A stretch of DNA of 63,122 nucleotides, taken from positions 1-63,122 of the forward strand of contig JABCTC010000021.1 in assembly GCA_018238545.1 (NCBI GenBank). Direction: 5' to 3'. The number at the start of each line of letters is the position of its first letter. The first letter of the stretch is position 1. Position numbers and translations under genes: made by a program. Origin of the DNA: Candidatus Heimdallarchaeota archaeon. Lineage in GTDB: Archaea > Asgardarchaeota > Heimdallarchaeia > Heimdallarchaeales > Heimdallarchaeaceae. Below, one piece after another: positions 9,930 through 20,555 of the stretch. The notes beneath the pieces were generated by a model. It did not search any database and had not been told where the DNA came from. It saw nothing but the letters and a program-made list of their open reading frames with translations.

Positions 9930-10766
9930 TATCTCAATTTTCTCTTGTTTTTTCTCTTCCAACTTTATTGTTAGGTCTGTTTCTCTTTTAGCTGTGATTA
10001 TTGTATCTGCTATCCCTGAAACAACTTTTCTTTTTAATCGTTTAGAGAATTTTGTCACCCATACAAGAGGAACGAAAAACCATGGTTTAATTAAATCATC
10101 TTTAGGTTTACTCACAAGATTTGCAATGTGCTCAGCTAGTCCTTGAACATCATGCCCTTGGAAATCCGATTTTCCGTAACCTGCTACCTTACCAAAGTTT
10201 GTATCATATGGTCCAGGATATACTGTTGAAATGTTTATCCCATATTCTTTTACTTCTTCCCTAATACAGTCGCTAAATGTTTTTACTGCTGCTTTAGTTG
10301 CACAATAAACTGCAAATGGATATGATGGTAAAAGAGCTAGTGTTGAGGATAGATTGATTATATGACCCTTTCCTTGGTCTTTCATTATAGGTAATACTTC
10401 ATGTGTTAGTTTAATTAATGCTAAGATATTTGTCTCTATCAACTCATCTATTTCCTCGTCTGGTTGATCAATGAACAAATTAGCTTTTCCTAATCCAGCA
10501 TTGTTGATTAGTACATCAATTTGTCCGAACGCTTTCATTGTAAGATTTACTACTCTCTCACGATCTTCTCTGTTTCTAACATCACCAATGATTGGTAGAA
10601 CCTTTGCACCTTTCCTTTTTACAGCATGAGCTGTTTTCATCAGTTCTTTCTGTCTTCTAGCCACAATGACAATCTTTGGTTTACTTTCTGCCAATTTTAG
10701 AGCAACTGCTTTTCCAATTCCAGAAGATGCTCCTGTGATTATAATAATTAGACTCTCGTCATTCAT
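9918..10766 (-). CDS. SDR oxidoreductase
   Basis: TGASSGIG, NNAG, YCATK. Confidence 0.9.
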   Translation of the reverse strand: MNDESLIIIITGASSGIGKAVALKLAESKPKIVIVARRQKELMKTAHAVKRKGAKVLPIIGDVRNREDRERVVNLTMKAFGQIDVLINNAGLGKANLFIDQPDEEIDELIETNILALIKLTHEVLPIMKDQGKGHIINLSSTLALLPSYPFAVYCATKAAVKTFSDCIREEVKEYGINISTVYPGPYDTNFGKVAGYGKSDFQGHDVQGLAEHIANLVSKPKDDLIKPWFFVPLVWVTKFSKRLKRKVVSGIADTIITAKRETDLTIKLEEKKQEKIEILAR

Positions 10767-10860
10767 AGAATCATTAGCTTACCCAAAATAGCATATAAAA
10801 GAGCCACAATTGTCCATTGTTTAATCTGCGGTTTTTAAGTATCTAATTCCCATGCCGAAA

Positions 10861-11724
10861 TTAAATCTGGATACATTCCTTTCCGTATCCCTCTACAATA
10901 TCGATGATGTTCTTTCTTTGTTCTGATCTTGCTCCTTTCTTATCTATAAGCGCCCCTTTAGGTTCCTCGATGGTTTTCTCGAAAGCCTCCAGGATAATTT
11001 CTTCAGTTAAATTGTCTAAAGCATGTTTAGCAGCTATGTGGCTTATGTGTGTTTTTTCATCTAAAAAAACGTGCTTACGGAATCTGTAAGCATAGTGATT
11101 CCCTCCGAAACCAACGAAACTCTCACCCTGAAACGTACCCCTTTGTACAAATTGTTCAGCTGTTTCTATAATTGCTTGGCCTACTGCTAAGGCTGCTTTC
11201 TTATGTGTCCAATACTCTTCACTGCTACCCAACTCCATGAAAATCAGAGGTGTTTTAAGTTCAGTTGGACCATGATGAGTAACTTCCATATCAACCTTGA
11301 ATTCTTCTAAATCAAATTCTTCTTGTTTTGTGATTAGATTTTGTAAGCCCAATTTCAAAGCTGTTGCTGATGTATAAGAAAGCTCTTTCTCTCTACCTTC
11401 GAGTGTTATTTGGTTCCAATTACCCGTTGGATGAATTAGCAAAGCAGGTATTCTCGAAGCTGCTCTATGTCTACTGGCAAAAATATACAGTTCCGCTTCA
11501 ATTTCTAAATCAAGGTGGTTACTTGCTACACCATCATTCTTTGAATGAATAATTTTGATATCATTTGGATATTTGTTATGCTGGAAAACTGTGTTATCAT
11601 CGAACAGCTGATCTGTTTCTTTGAAATATGATAAATTGTGAAGCTCTTTCCAAATTGTATTGGCAGCTAAGTCTGGTTTAGGTATGATAACTGCTACTTT
11701 TGTTTTTATGGACAAATCAAGCAC
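10861..11724 (-). CDS. dtdA: D-aminoacyl-tRNA deacylase (archaeal DTD2/GEK1 type)
   Basis: SRH, HPTGNW, EVTHHGPT, ELGSSE, GFGGNHY. Confidence 0.88.
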   Translation of the reverse strand: MLDLSIKTKVAVIIPKPDLAANTIWKELHNLSYFKETDQLFDDNTVFQHNKYPNDIKIIHSKNDGVASNHLDLEIEAELYIFASRHRAASRIPALLIHPTGNWNQITLEGREKELSYTSATALKLGLQNLITKQEEFDLEEFKVDMEVTHHGPTELKTPLIFMELGSSEEYWTHKKAALAVGQAIIETAEQFVQRGTFQGESFVGFGGNHYAYRFRKHVFLDEKTHISHIAAKHALDNLTEEIILEAFEKTIEEPKGALIDKKGARSEQRKNIIDIVEGYGKECIQI

Positions 11725-11774
11725 ATCAGTTAGTTATGAGGATACAGAAAAAACCCGTCTAATAAGTTTAAGGA

Positions 11775-12812
11775 TTAATCTATATATTCTACTTCAAAAT
11801 GGTCTTCATTAATTTTCACTACATTTTTCAATTCATCTAACTTAAGCTCCAATTCTTGTTTAGTGACTACTGGAAACCCATAATGAATGTTTGTATATTT
11901 TATCTCTTCCTGATTTTCAGCTTTTTTCTTGATATAATCAATATGCTGTTGAATTCTTTGCGCATTATATTCATTAGCATAATCTATTATCTCATCTATT
12001 CCTTCTTGAATAACTTCTCGAAAATTTTCCTCTATCTCTACACCTATACTGTTTCTTGTAGAAGCCATAGCAGCTAGTACTGTGGTCCCTGTTCCTAAAT
12101 AAGGATCTAGTACTGTATCACCTTTAAGAGAAAACATATTAATTAAACGATAAGCAAGATCAAAAGGAAAAGCTGCACTTCTATCTCTTACTTTATTATT
12201 TTTTAAAGATTGGTGAACTCCCCTAAGATCCCATATATCTGAAAACCATAAATTCCTCTCTTCCCAAAAATAGGAACTTCGAAAACGTTCTTTTTTTTCT
12301 TCATTAGTTTTAAACTCCCTTTTACCTCCTTTTCTGAAAACTAAAATGAATTCATGTTCCAATGTAATGTAACCACTTGGAGGTAACATGCCGGAGCCCA
12401 TAAATTTGTTAGGTGCATTGGTTTGTTTATTCCAAACAATATGTGGTAAGCAACTAAATCCAATTTCACAGCAATGAAAAATAATTCTTGAGTGTGAAGG
12501 AAATAAACTAAAATCGCCACCTATGCTCCTAGTAGCATCACCAATGTTAATGCAAGCAATACCACCAGGTTTCAGAACACGGTAAACTTCACTCCACACT
12601 TTATCTAATTCTTGGTGCATTAATTCGAAAGATTCTTTTCCTTTTTGGTTTTCTAAAACTACTTTGATCTTGGGATTGTACAAAGAAAAATTATCATCCC
12701 ACATCTTGACCATAGGATATAAAGGACTCGTTATCACAAAATGAATAGATTCATTTTCTAGATTATACATGTTTTGTGAATTTTGGAAGTAAATCCTATG
12801 AGTTGTCTTCAT
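11775..12812 (-). CDS. orphan N4-C/N6-A DNA methyltransferase (beta class)
   Basis: Motif IV-like TSPLY at the N-terminus, motif I DPYLGTGTT near the C-terminus. Confidence 0.85.
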   Translation of the reverse strand: MKTTHRIYFQNSQNMYNLENESIHFVITSPLYPMVKMWDDNFSLYNPKIKVVLENQKGKESFELMHQELDKVWSEVYRVLKPGGIACINIGDATRSIGGDFSLFPSHSRIIFHCCEIGFSCLPHIVWNKQTNAPNKFMGSGMLPPSGYITLEHEFILVFRKGGKREFKTNEEKKERFRSSYFWEERNLWFSDIWDLRGVHQSLKNNKVRDRSAAFPFDLAYRLINMFSLKGDTVLDPYLGTGTTVLAAMASTRNSIGVEIEENFREVIQEGIDEIIDYANEYNAQRIQQHIDYIKKKAENQEEIKYTNIHYGFPVVTKQELELKLDELKNVVKINEDHFEVEYID

Positions 12813-12948
12813 TTAATAAACATTTTATTAGCTAGTCTTAAAGTTATTTGCCCTTATGGACATGAAAATTGAAAAATGGTTGTCTTTTATCTAAAAAACC
12901 TTTAAAGTTATCAGAAAGATTAAGTATTACTTATGTTTCACCTCTTTA

Positions 12949-13437
12949 ATGACTTCAACAGAACCACACAGATTATGGGATATCTTAAAAAGATACGACT
13001 CAAATCCTGATGCATTGATCCAGATTTTAAATGAAATTCAAAAAGATGAAGGATATTTACCCCATATAACTCTTAAGCTGTTATCATCTGAATTAGACGT
13101 TCCTCTTAGCAAAATTTATGGTGTTTTAACTTTTTACGAGCATTTTAAACTTGTTAAACCTGGTAAAATTATTATTACAATTTGTATGGGCACTGCTTGT
13201 TTTGTAAAGGGATCACCAGCTCTCAATACTACTGTGAAGAATATGTTAGGCATCGAATCTGGGGAAACAACCTCAGATCAGTTATTTACATTTGAAAGAG
13301 TTGCATGCTTAGGGTGTTGTGCTTTAGCACCAGTAGTTCAAATTAATGGTGAAATTCATGGTCAAATGACACCAAACAAACTTCAAAAGCTTTTAACAAA
13401 AATACGTAAGGAAGAAGAAAAAGGAGAGGAAAAATAA
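12949..13437 (+). CDS. NuoE/HydC-like [2Fe-2S] subunit
   Basis: CMGTAC...CLGCC, TFY motif. Confidence 0.92.
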   Translation: MTSTEPHRLWDILKRYDSNPDALIQILNEIQKDEGYLPHITLKLLSSELDVPLSKIYGVLTFYEHFKLVKPGKIIITICMGTACFVKGSPALNTTVKNMLGIESGETTSDQLFTFERVACLGCCALAPVVQINGEIHGQMTPNKLQKLLTKIRKEEEKGEEK

Positions 13438-15264
13438 ATGACCAATGGAAACCCTAAGAAGAAGAAGAACCATGAAAGAAGAATCTTAATTTGTCAAGGA
13501 ACAGGATGTATTTCTTCAAAATCCAATGAAATTAGAAAGAAATTTGAAACAGAGATAGTTAAAGCAGGTATTCATGAAAAAGTAGAAGTAACTTTCACAG
13601 GTTGTCATGGTTTCTGTGCTCAAGGCCCCTTAGTTTTTATTAAACCTGAGGAAACACTATATTGTAAAGTAAAGGTTGAAGATGTTGAAAAAATAGTCGA
13701 ATCTCATATTAAGAAAAATGAACCAGTAGAAGATTTATTCTATGAAGACCCTAAAACTGGAAAGAAAATAGAAAAACACAATGAGATTGATTTCTATGCA
13801 AAACAAAAAAGAATGATTTTAGAAAATTGTGGTCACATAAATCCAGAAGATATTAATGAATATTTACACATTGGAGGATATTCTGGTCTGAAGAAAGCTT
13901 TTTCTATGAAACCTGAAGAAGTAATCGAAGCAATCAAGGAATCTGGATTGCGAGGTAGAGGAGGAGCAGGATTTCCAACAGGTTTGAAATGGGGATTCTG
14001 CCGAAATGCTCCAGGGAAGGAAAAATATGTGATTTGTAATGCTGATGAAGGCGATCCTGGTGCGTTTATGGATCGAAGTATTCTAGAAGCAGATCCACAT
14101 AGTGTATTAGAAGGTATGATAATAGGTGGCTATGCTATTGGGGCGTCAAATGGGATAATATATGTAAGGTCAGAATACCCCTTAGCTGTTCATAGATTTC
14201 GTAAAACTGTTGAAGATGCAAAAGAATTAAACTTTTTAGGAAAGAATGTTTTAGATAGCGGATTTGATTTTGATGTAATGATTCAAGAAGGAGCTGGTGC
14301 ATTCGTTTGTGGAGAAGAAACAGCACTGATGGCATCAATCGAAGGAGAGAGAGGAATACCAAAACCTAGACCTCCTTTTCCTGCTACTTCCGGATTATGG
14401 GGGAAACCAACAAATATTAACAATGTGAAATCTTGGGCAGCTGCTGCTTGGATTTTTAAGAATGGTGTTGAAGAATTTAAAAAAGTAGGTGTAAAAACAT
14501 CAACAGGAACAGCTGTTTTTTCTCTGACTGGAAAGGTAAAAAACTCTGGCTTGATAGAGGTTCCAATGGGAACAACCTTACGTGAGATTATTTTTGGTAT
14601 AGGAGGAGGAATTCTGGACGATAAAAAATTCAAAGCTGTTCAAACAGGTGGTCCATCTGGAGGTTGCCTTCCAGCTTCAAAATTGGACTTAGGTGTGGAT
14701 TTTGAAACATTACAAGCTGAAGGATCAATAATGGGGTCTGGAGGAATGGTTGTAGCTGACGAAAATACGTGTATGGTCGACTTAGCTCGGTATTTTCTTG
14801 CTTTTACACAAAAAGAATCATGTGGAAAATGTACTCCTTGTCGTGAAGGAACACTCCGAGCATTGGAAATACTTGAAAGAATAACTAGAGGTGAAGCTGA
14901 TTTATCAGATTTGGACGATCTTGAGGAATTATGCCATGTTATAAAGGACACTTCTCTTTGCGCTCTTGGTCAAACTGCTCCAAATCCAATTTTGTCAACC
15001 CTTAAACATTTTAGACATGAATATGAGGAACACATCACTGATTTGAGATGTAGTGCTCGGGTCTGTACAGAACTTTATACGTTTGTAATAGATGAAGAAA
15101 AGTGTATTAAATGTGGTCTTTGTGCCAGAATTTGCCCTGTTGAAGCCATAATGGGGAGTAAAGAAACTTCTTTCAGAATTGATTGTCGTTTATGTACGCA
15201 TTGTCAAATGTGTTACAATAGGTGTCCTAAAGATGCCATTGAGAAGGTGAGTGGAAAATGTTAG
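13438..15264 (+). CDS. NuoF/HydB-like FMN/NADH-binding subunit
   Basis: GRGGAGFPTG, NADEGDPGAFMDR, CGEETAL, ESCGKCTPCREG, two C-terminal 4Fe-4S motifs. Confidence 0.95.
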   Translation: MTNGNPKKKKNHERRILICQGTGCISSKSNEIRKKFETEIVKAGIHEKVEVTFTGCHGFCAQGPLVFIKPEETLYCKVKVEDVEKIVESHIKKNEPVEDLFYEDPKTGKKIEKHNEIDFYAKQKRMILENCGHINPEDINEYLHIGGYSGLKKAFSMKPEEVIEAIKESGLRGRGGAGFPTGLKWGFCRNAPGKEKYVICNADEGDPGAFMDRSILEADPHSVLEGMIIGGYAIGASNGIIYVRSEYPLAVHRFRKTVEDAKELNFLGKNVLDSGFDFDVMIQEGAGAFVCGEETALMASIEGERGIPKPRPPFPATSGLWGKPTNINNVKSWAAAAWIFKNGVEEFKKVGVKTSTGTAVFSLTGKVKNSGLIEVPMGTTLREIIFGIGGGILDDKKFKAVQTGGPSGGCLPASKLDLGVDFETLQAEGSIMGSGGMVVADENTCMVDLARYFLAFTQKESCGKCTPCREGTLRALEILERITRGEADLSDLDDLEELCHVIKDTSLCALGQTAPNPILSTLKHFRHEYEEHITDLRCSARVCTELYTFVIDEEKCIKCGLCARICPVEAIMGSKETSFRIDCRLCTHCQMCYNRCPKDAIEKVSGKC

Positions 15265-17969
15265 AAGAAGAAATTACTATTACTGTTGATGGTAAGGAAC
15301 TCAAATGCTTACCAACTGATACGTACTATGAAGCCATTTCTAAGCACAATATTGAAATCCCAACTTTATGTCACAACCCAGAACTTAAACCAACGGGAGC
15401 ATGCAGAATTTGCGTAATAGAAATTGAGAACTCACGTACCCTTATGCCAGCTTGCAGTACTCCTATAAAAGCCAATTCAGTTGTTTATACTCAAAGTGAA
15501 CGAGTTAGAGAAGCTAGAAGAATTTTGGTAGAATTGCTACTAACATCACATCCTCTTAACTGTGTCATATGCGATAAAGCAGGTTCGTGCGAATTACAAA
15601 AATTGGCATATGAATATGTTCCAGAAGAAAGACTCGGAAGATATATAGGAACAAAACCTAAAACTGATCTTCAGGAAAAAAATGAATTTTTTGAATTAAA
15701 TTATTCTGCTTGCATTCGATGTGGGTTGTGTGTTCGTGTTGCAGACGAAATACAAGTTTGTGGAGTTCTTTCGATGACACATAGAGGATTTGAAACGTTT
15801 CCAAGTCCTGGTTTTGGAAGAACTTTTGAAGAGGCAGGATGCGTTGCTTGTGGTAACTGTGTTAGTGTTTGTCCTGTTGGAGCTTTGGTATCTAACAGTG
15901 TTAAAGGAGCAGGAAGAGCCTATGAATTGGAAAAGACTACCACTACTTGTGTTTATTGTGGTGTTGGGTGTCAACTTGACTTATTTACTAATCCAATATC
16001 TAAAAAAATAGTTAAAGTGGATTCCACTGAAGGTAATGTTGTTAATGGTTTAGCTTTATGTGTAAAGGGCAGATACGGTTGGGATTTTGTAAATCACCCA
16101 GAAAGAATTAACCACCCATTAATGAAGAAGAACGGAGAATTTGTTCAAGTTACATGGGATGAAGCTTTTGATTTCATTGAACAAAAATTAAAACAGATTA
16201 AAGAGGAAATGGGTCCTGATTCTCTTGCTTTTCTGACATCAGCTAAATGTACAAATGAAGAAAACTATCTTATGCAAAAGCTGGCTAGAGCCGCAATAGG
16301 TACCAACAATATCGACCACTGTGCTAGATTGTGTCATGCTTCGACAGTTACTGGTCTCGCAAGAGCTTTCGGATCTGGTGCAATGACAAATAGCATCAAT
16401 GATTTAACAAAAAATGCTGAAGTTATACTTATAATAGGAAGTAATACAACTGAAGCGCATCCTGTAATTGGTGTGAAAATAAAACAAGCTGTTCAAGAAG
16501 GAAAAACTAAACTCATAGTCGCCGATCCTAGAATTATAGAACTAGCGGACTACTCTGAAATTCACCTACAACAACGTCCAGGATCAGATGTTGCTTTAAT
16601 TAATGCAATGATGAAGGTAATTATTGAAGAAGGTTTGTTTGATGAGAAATTCATACAGGAAAGAACAGAAGGTTATAATGAACTAAAAGAAAAACTAGAA
16701 AAAGTCTCCCTTGAAGTACTATGTAAAATAGCTAACATCAATCAAATGGATTTGAGACAAGCTGCCATTCTATTTGGTAAAGCTAAGACTGCTGCGATTG
16801 TATACTCAATGGGAATAACACAACATACAACCGGTACAGATAATGTACTGAGTTTAGCAAACTTAGCTATGATTACAGGAAATGTTGGCCGTCCTGGTAC
16901 AGGTGTTAACCCGCTTAGAGGGCAAAATAACGTTCAAGGAGCATGTGATGTTGGAGGGTTGCCAGATGTCTATCCTGGTTATCAGAAAGTATCAGATAAG
17001 GAAAACAAAATTAAATTCCAAAAAGCTTGGGGTGTTTCCAATTTAAGCGACAAACCTGGTCTTACTGTAGTTGAAATAATGAATGAAGTTTATGAAGGAA
17101 ATATACGTGGTGTCTACATAATGGGAGAAAATCCTGCTTTGAGCAACCCCAATATTAATCATGTACGTTCAGCTCTTGAGAAACTTGAATTCCTTGTAGT
17201 TCAAGATCTTTTCATAACTGAAACTGCTAAATATGCGGATGTTATTTTACCAGGAAAATCCTTTGCAGAAAAAGAAGGAACATATACAAACACAGAAAGG
17301 CGTATTCAAAGAGTAAGAAAAGCAATAGATTCAGAAGGAGAAAGAATTGCTGATTGGAAAATTCTTCAAGAGATGTTAAACCGTTTTGGAATAGAAAACA
17401 GATATGATTCACCAGAACAGATTATGGACGAAATAGCTGATGTTACACCAATTTATTCAGGAATAAGTTTTGATAGAATTGATAAAGTAGGTTTACAATG
17501 GCCTTGTAAAGGTAAAAACCACCCGGGCACAAAAATTCTTCATGAAAAAACATTCTCCAGAGGTAAAGGCAAGTTTCATGCAATCTCATATATTGAACCT
17601 GCAGAATTACCAGACAAGGATTATCCAATAATTCTAACAACAGGAAGAATACTCTATCACTTCCATACCGGTGAAATGACTCGAAGAGTTAAGGGGATTC
17701 ACAAGAGAAGACCCATAGAAAGAAGCGAGATTAATACTAAAGATGCTGAACGTCTAAATATTAAAAATGGAGATAAAATCACTATCGAATCTAGAAGAGG
17801 AAAAATAGAAACAATTGCTAAAGTAACAGATAGAATTCAAGAAGGAGTTGTTTTCATGTCATTCCATTATAAAGAGTCTGCTGCTAATTTGCTAACAAAT
17901 GATGCTTTGGATCCACTTGCTAAAATCCCCGAATTCAAAGTCTGTGCAATTAAGGTTGGTAAAGTATAG
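15258..17969 (+). CDS. fdhF: formate dehydrogenase alpha subunit (Mo/W-bis-PGD) with NuoG-like Fe-S N-terminus
   Basis: CVYCGVGC, CARLCH (Cys ligand), RGQNNVQG, C-terminal PEFKVCA. Confidence 0.92.
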   Translation: MLEEEITITVDGKELKCLPTDTYYEAISKHNIEIPTLCHNPELKPTGACRICVIEIENSRTLMPACSTPIKANSVVYTQSERVREARRILVELLLTSHPLNCVICDKAGSCELQKLAYEYVPEERLGRYIGTKPKTDLQEKNEFFELNYSACIRCGLCVRVADEIQVCGVLSMTHRGFETFPSPGFGRTFEEAGCVACGNCVSVCPVGALVSNSVKGAGRAYELEKTTTTCVYCGVGCQLDLFTNPISKKIVKVDSTEGNVVNGLALCVKGRYGWDFVNHPERINHPLMKKNGEFVQVTWDEAFDFIEQKLKQIKEEMGPDSLAFLTSAKCTNEENYLMQKLARAAIGTNNIDHCARLCHASTVTGLARAFGSGAMTNSINDLTKNAEVILIIGSNTTEAHPVIGVKIKQAVQEGKTKLIVADPRIIELADYSEIHLQQRPGSDVALINAMMKVIIEEGLFDEKFIQERTEGYNELKEKLEKVSLEVLCKIANINQMDLRQAAILFGKAKTAAIVYSMGITQHTTGTDNVLSLANLAMITGNVGRPGTGVNPLRGQNNVQGACDVGGLPDVYPGYQKVSDKENKIKFQKAWGVSNLSDKPGLTVVEIMNEVYEGNIRGVYIMGENPALSNPNINHVRSALEKLEFLVVQDLFITETAKYADVILPGKSFAEKEGTYTNTERRIQRVRKAIDSEGERIADWKILQEMLNRFGIENRYDSPEQIMDEIADVTPIYSGISFDRIDKVGLQWPCKGKNHPGTKILHEKTFSRGKGKFHAISYIEPAELPDKDYPIILTTGRILYHFHTGEMTRRVKGIHKRRPIERSEINTKDAERLNIKNGDKITIESRRGKIETIAKVTDRIQEGVVFMSFHYKESAANLLTNDALDPLAKIPEFKVCAIKVGKV

Positions 17970-18008
17970 TTTCAAAACGAGGGAGAAACTTATTCTTTTT
18001 TCAGTGAC

Positions 18009-19034
18009 TTAATTAACAGTTCTAGGCTTTATTTTTAATTTCTTTTTGAGTTCTTTTACGTCCTTTAAAATAGTATCCTTTGTCTCTTCAGGGAAATAAT
18101 ATATTAAATCTTGCAAAGCATGCAACGCAAAAAAGGGTATGTTGTTATCTTTCCAAAACAAATGTTCAGCTTTTAAGGATTTTTTCGCTAACTCCTCATA
18201 ATCTTTTTCCGTTAGCACAGATGACTTTCTAAAATACCTAGACCAAAGAAATGCAGAATAATTATTGTGTAAATCATTCATTTTTTCAATAAAATCGTAG
18301 AGATATAATTCATCGAATGATTCTGGTTCCATGTTCTTAAATGATCGAATAATGGTGGTTGGTGAAGGCATTGTAAATTTATCAGATTCTTGAATGTCTT
18401 CTTTCTTTGTTTTTGGTTCTGTCTGAATGTTAACATTGTCAAAAGTCTTAGTCGGGAGATTATTCATCTCAATTATTGTGTTACTATCGTATAGTTTCAG
18501 CATTGGAGATGTTCTCATTAAAACATCTGCTCTCGACAAAGATAGTTTCTCAAACTGCTTAGGAAAGAATAGGTTAGACCCATAAAGAGTTAATAATGGT
18601 TCTATCATCCCTGTGTCAGATTGGAAAAAACTAACTCCATCATCACAAATTTTCATTGATTTTAGCAATGATAGCATAAGAAATGGTTTATCAGATGGTA
18701 GAAATTGAACAGCTTTACCTTGCAATAGACGCAAAGTAGAGCCTATTCCAAGCATAACTCCTTCGAATGAACTGTTTTGATCATCTACGATAAAATCAAT
18801 TTTATCCACAAGATTATAGTTTTGAAGTATTGTTCTATATTCTTCTTTTCTAGCTTCAGAGTTTACAGATACTACCGTTTCATCATACAATAGATTGCTC
18901 CTTCTTACAAGATTGACTAGAAAAGGCTCATCATTAAATGAAAACAAAATCTTGTCTTGCCACTCTGCAGTTTGTTTTTGATATCTTCTTGACGAACCTC
19001 CAGCAAGAATAGCTAAGACAGTTTTTGGCATCAC
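18009..19034 (-). CDS. MobA-like NTP transferase with C-terminal extension
   Basis: ILAGGSSRR, PSDKPF, EPLLTLY, NVN; adjacent to a molybdoenzyme. Confidence 0.7.
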   Translation of the reverse strand: MMPKTVLAILAGGSSRRYQKQTAEWQDKILFSFNDEPFLVNLVRRSNLLYDETVVSVNSEARKEEYRTILQNYNLVDKIDFIVDDQNSSFEGVMLGIGSTLRLLQGKAVQFLPSDKPFLMLSLLKSMKICDDGVSFFQSDTGMIEPLLTLYGSNLFFPKQFEKLSLSRADVLMRTSPMLKLYDSNTIIEMNNLPTKTFDNVNIQTEPKTKKEDIQESDKFTMPSPTTIIRSFKNMEPESFDELYLYDFIEKMNDLHNNYSAFLWSRYFRKSSVLTEKDYEELAKKSLKAEHLFWKDNNIPFFALHALQDLIYYFPEETKDTILKDVKELKKKLKIKPRTVN

Positions 19035-19110
19035 TTAACGAAAATCAATTTAATATAAATTCTTTTTTGATAAACAATAAAATAAAAAAATAAATAAAAA
19101 AGTTTGAATT

Positions 19111-20415
19111 TTAGGAATCTTCTGTTTCTTTGTCTAGAGATTTTTCTATAGCTTCAGATAGCTCAATAGTTGTATCTTCTGCCGCTTCTTCAACCATGTC
19201 TTCTACTGCTTCTTCCAAAACTTCTTCTACAACATCTTCTGCAAGATGTTCAGCAGCTTCTTTTCTAATACCTTCAACATGTTCTTCGACAACCTTTTCA
19301 ACAAATTCTTCTAGGTCGTCCTCAAGTGTTTCTTCAACAGCATCGGTTACTTCTTCGACAATCTCCTCGACTGTGTCTTCGGCAGATTCAGCAATTTCTT
19401 CTTTTGCTTCCTCAACTATTTCATCTTCAACTTCTTCGACAACCTTTGAAACAAGTTCTTCTGATTTTGCTTCAATTGCTTCCTTAACCACTCCTTCGAG
19501 TGTATCGTCACCTACTTCTTCAGCTACACGTTTTGCAATTGTTTCCGCAATATCGTCGACAACATCCTCAACAACCTCGGTTACAACATCTTCAACTGTG
19601 TCATCTAAGGTTTTCTCAACAACATCTGCAACGGGTTCATCAACAACGTCTGCAACGGGTTCATCAACAACGTCTGCAACGGGTTCATCAACAACGTCTG
19701 CAACGGGTTCATCAACAACGTCTGCAACGGGTTCATCAACAACATCTGCAACGGGTTCATCAACAACATCTGCAACGGGTTCAGGATCAGAAACAATAAC
19801 AGGTTCTTCGATAACGGGTTCAATCTCAGAAACAACAAGAGTTTGAGGTTCAAGCTCTGGTTCAGGTTCAGGCTCAACAACGGGCCCAGTTGCAGGTTCA
19901 ATATCTGCAGGATACGCTGTTGGTGGACCGAGTTTTTGTTCTGGAATAGCTTGAGGTTTTGGTTTTTCAACTGTTTTTTCTACTTTGGAAAACACTTGTT
20001 TAGGATAAGAATCTTGTCTAGAATCACCTTTAAATCCGGAAAGATCTGTTTCAATGTACTTTTCTTGAACACTTAGGTTTAGATCTCCTATGGTATCTTC
20101 AGTTAATTGCTCAAGTCCACTCTTTGCTCCAATTCTTTCTCCAGATGATAACTGAAAACCTGCTCTACTAATATTATCAGCTATACGTCTTCCTGTTCTT
20201 TGAGCTACAAGGCCAACGTGTTTACTGAAAATAAGGTGCCATTCATTTTTGTCTCGATTAAAGATTAAGACGCCGTCCACATCCATGCTCATCAGTTGAG
20301 AGCTAATGTCGGAGGCATCAGATTCCATTATTTTTTGGAATTTAGTTTGTTCTTTTATCTCACTAAATTCGTTTTTACTGTGGTCATATGCTAGAAAAAC
20401 ATTCATTGGACTCAT
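19111..20415 (-). CDS. protein with a small globular N-terminal domain and a long acidic repetitive tail
   Basis: ~120-aa folded-looking domain, Pro/Glu linker, (PVADVVDE)x7, Glu/Asp-rich helical tail. Confidence 0.8.
   Translation of the reverse strand: MSPMNVFLAYDHSKNEFSEIKEQTKFQKIMESDASDISSQLMSMDVDGVLIFNRDKNEWHLIFSKHVGLVAQRTGRRIADNISRAGFQLSSGERIGAKSGLEQLTEDTIGDLNLSVQEKYIETDLSGFKGDSRQDSYPKQVFSKVEKTVEKPKPQAIPEQKLGPPTAYPADIEPATGPVVEPEPEPELEPQTLVVSEIEPVIEEPVIVSDPEPVADVVDEPVADVVDEPVADVVDEPVADVVDEPVADVVDEPVADVVDEPVADVVEKTLDDTVEDVVTEVVEDVVDDIAETIAKRVAEEVGDDTLEGVVKEAIEAKSEELVSKVVEEVEDEIVEEAKEEIAESAEDTVEEIVEEVTDAVEETLEDDLEEFVEKVVEEHVEGIRKEAAEHLAEDVVEEVLEEAVEDMVEEAAEDTTIELSEAIEKSLDKETEDS
19616..19783. 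repeat. intragenic 24-bp tandem repeat x7
   Basis: TCAACAAC(A/G)TCTGCAACGGGTTCA, head-to-tail, no spacers. Confidence 0.95.
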
Positions 20416-20555
20416 AATGATATCCCTTTTAAAGCTTTAATAAAATAGAACAGTTTTATTAAAAAAGGTATTCTCTTTAGGCAACAGAAAACTAGACGTA
20501 CAAAACAGGTGTTAAAGCGGAGAAAAAAAAGAAAAAAAGAGAAATTTATGCGTTT

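Noticed and set aside
16315-16340. Selenocysteine in FdhF
   Set aside because: The ligand codon is TGT (CARLCH); there is no in-frame TGA
19616-19783. 24-bp repeats as a CRISPR array
   Set aside because: Head-to-tail with no spacers, in frame within a CDS, and no cas genes nearby
19130-20076. Ser/Thr-rich and Gln-rich ORFs (19130-19846, 19500-19799, 19605-19970, 19843-20076)
   Set aside because: Shadow frames of the repetitive acidic gene 19111-20415
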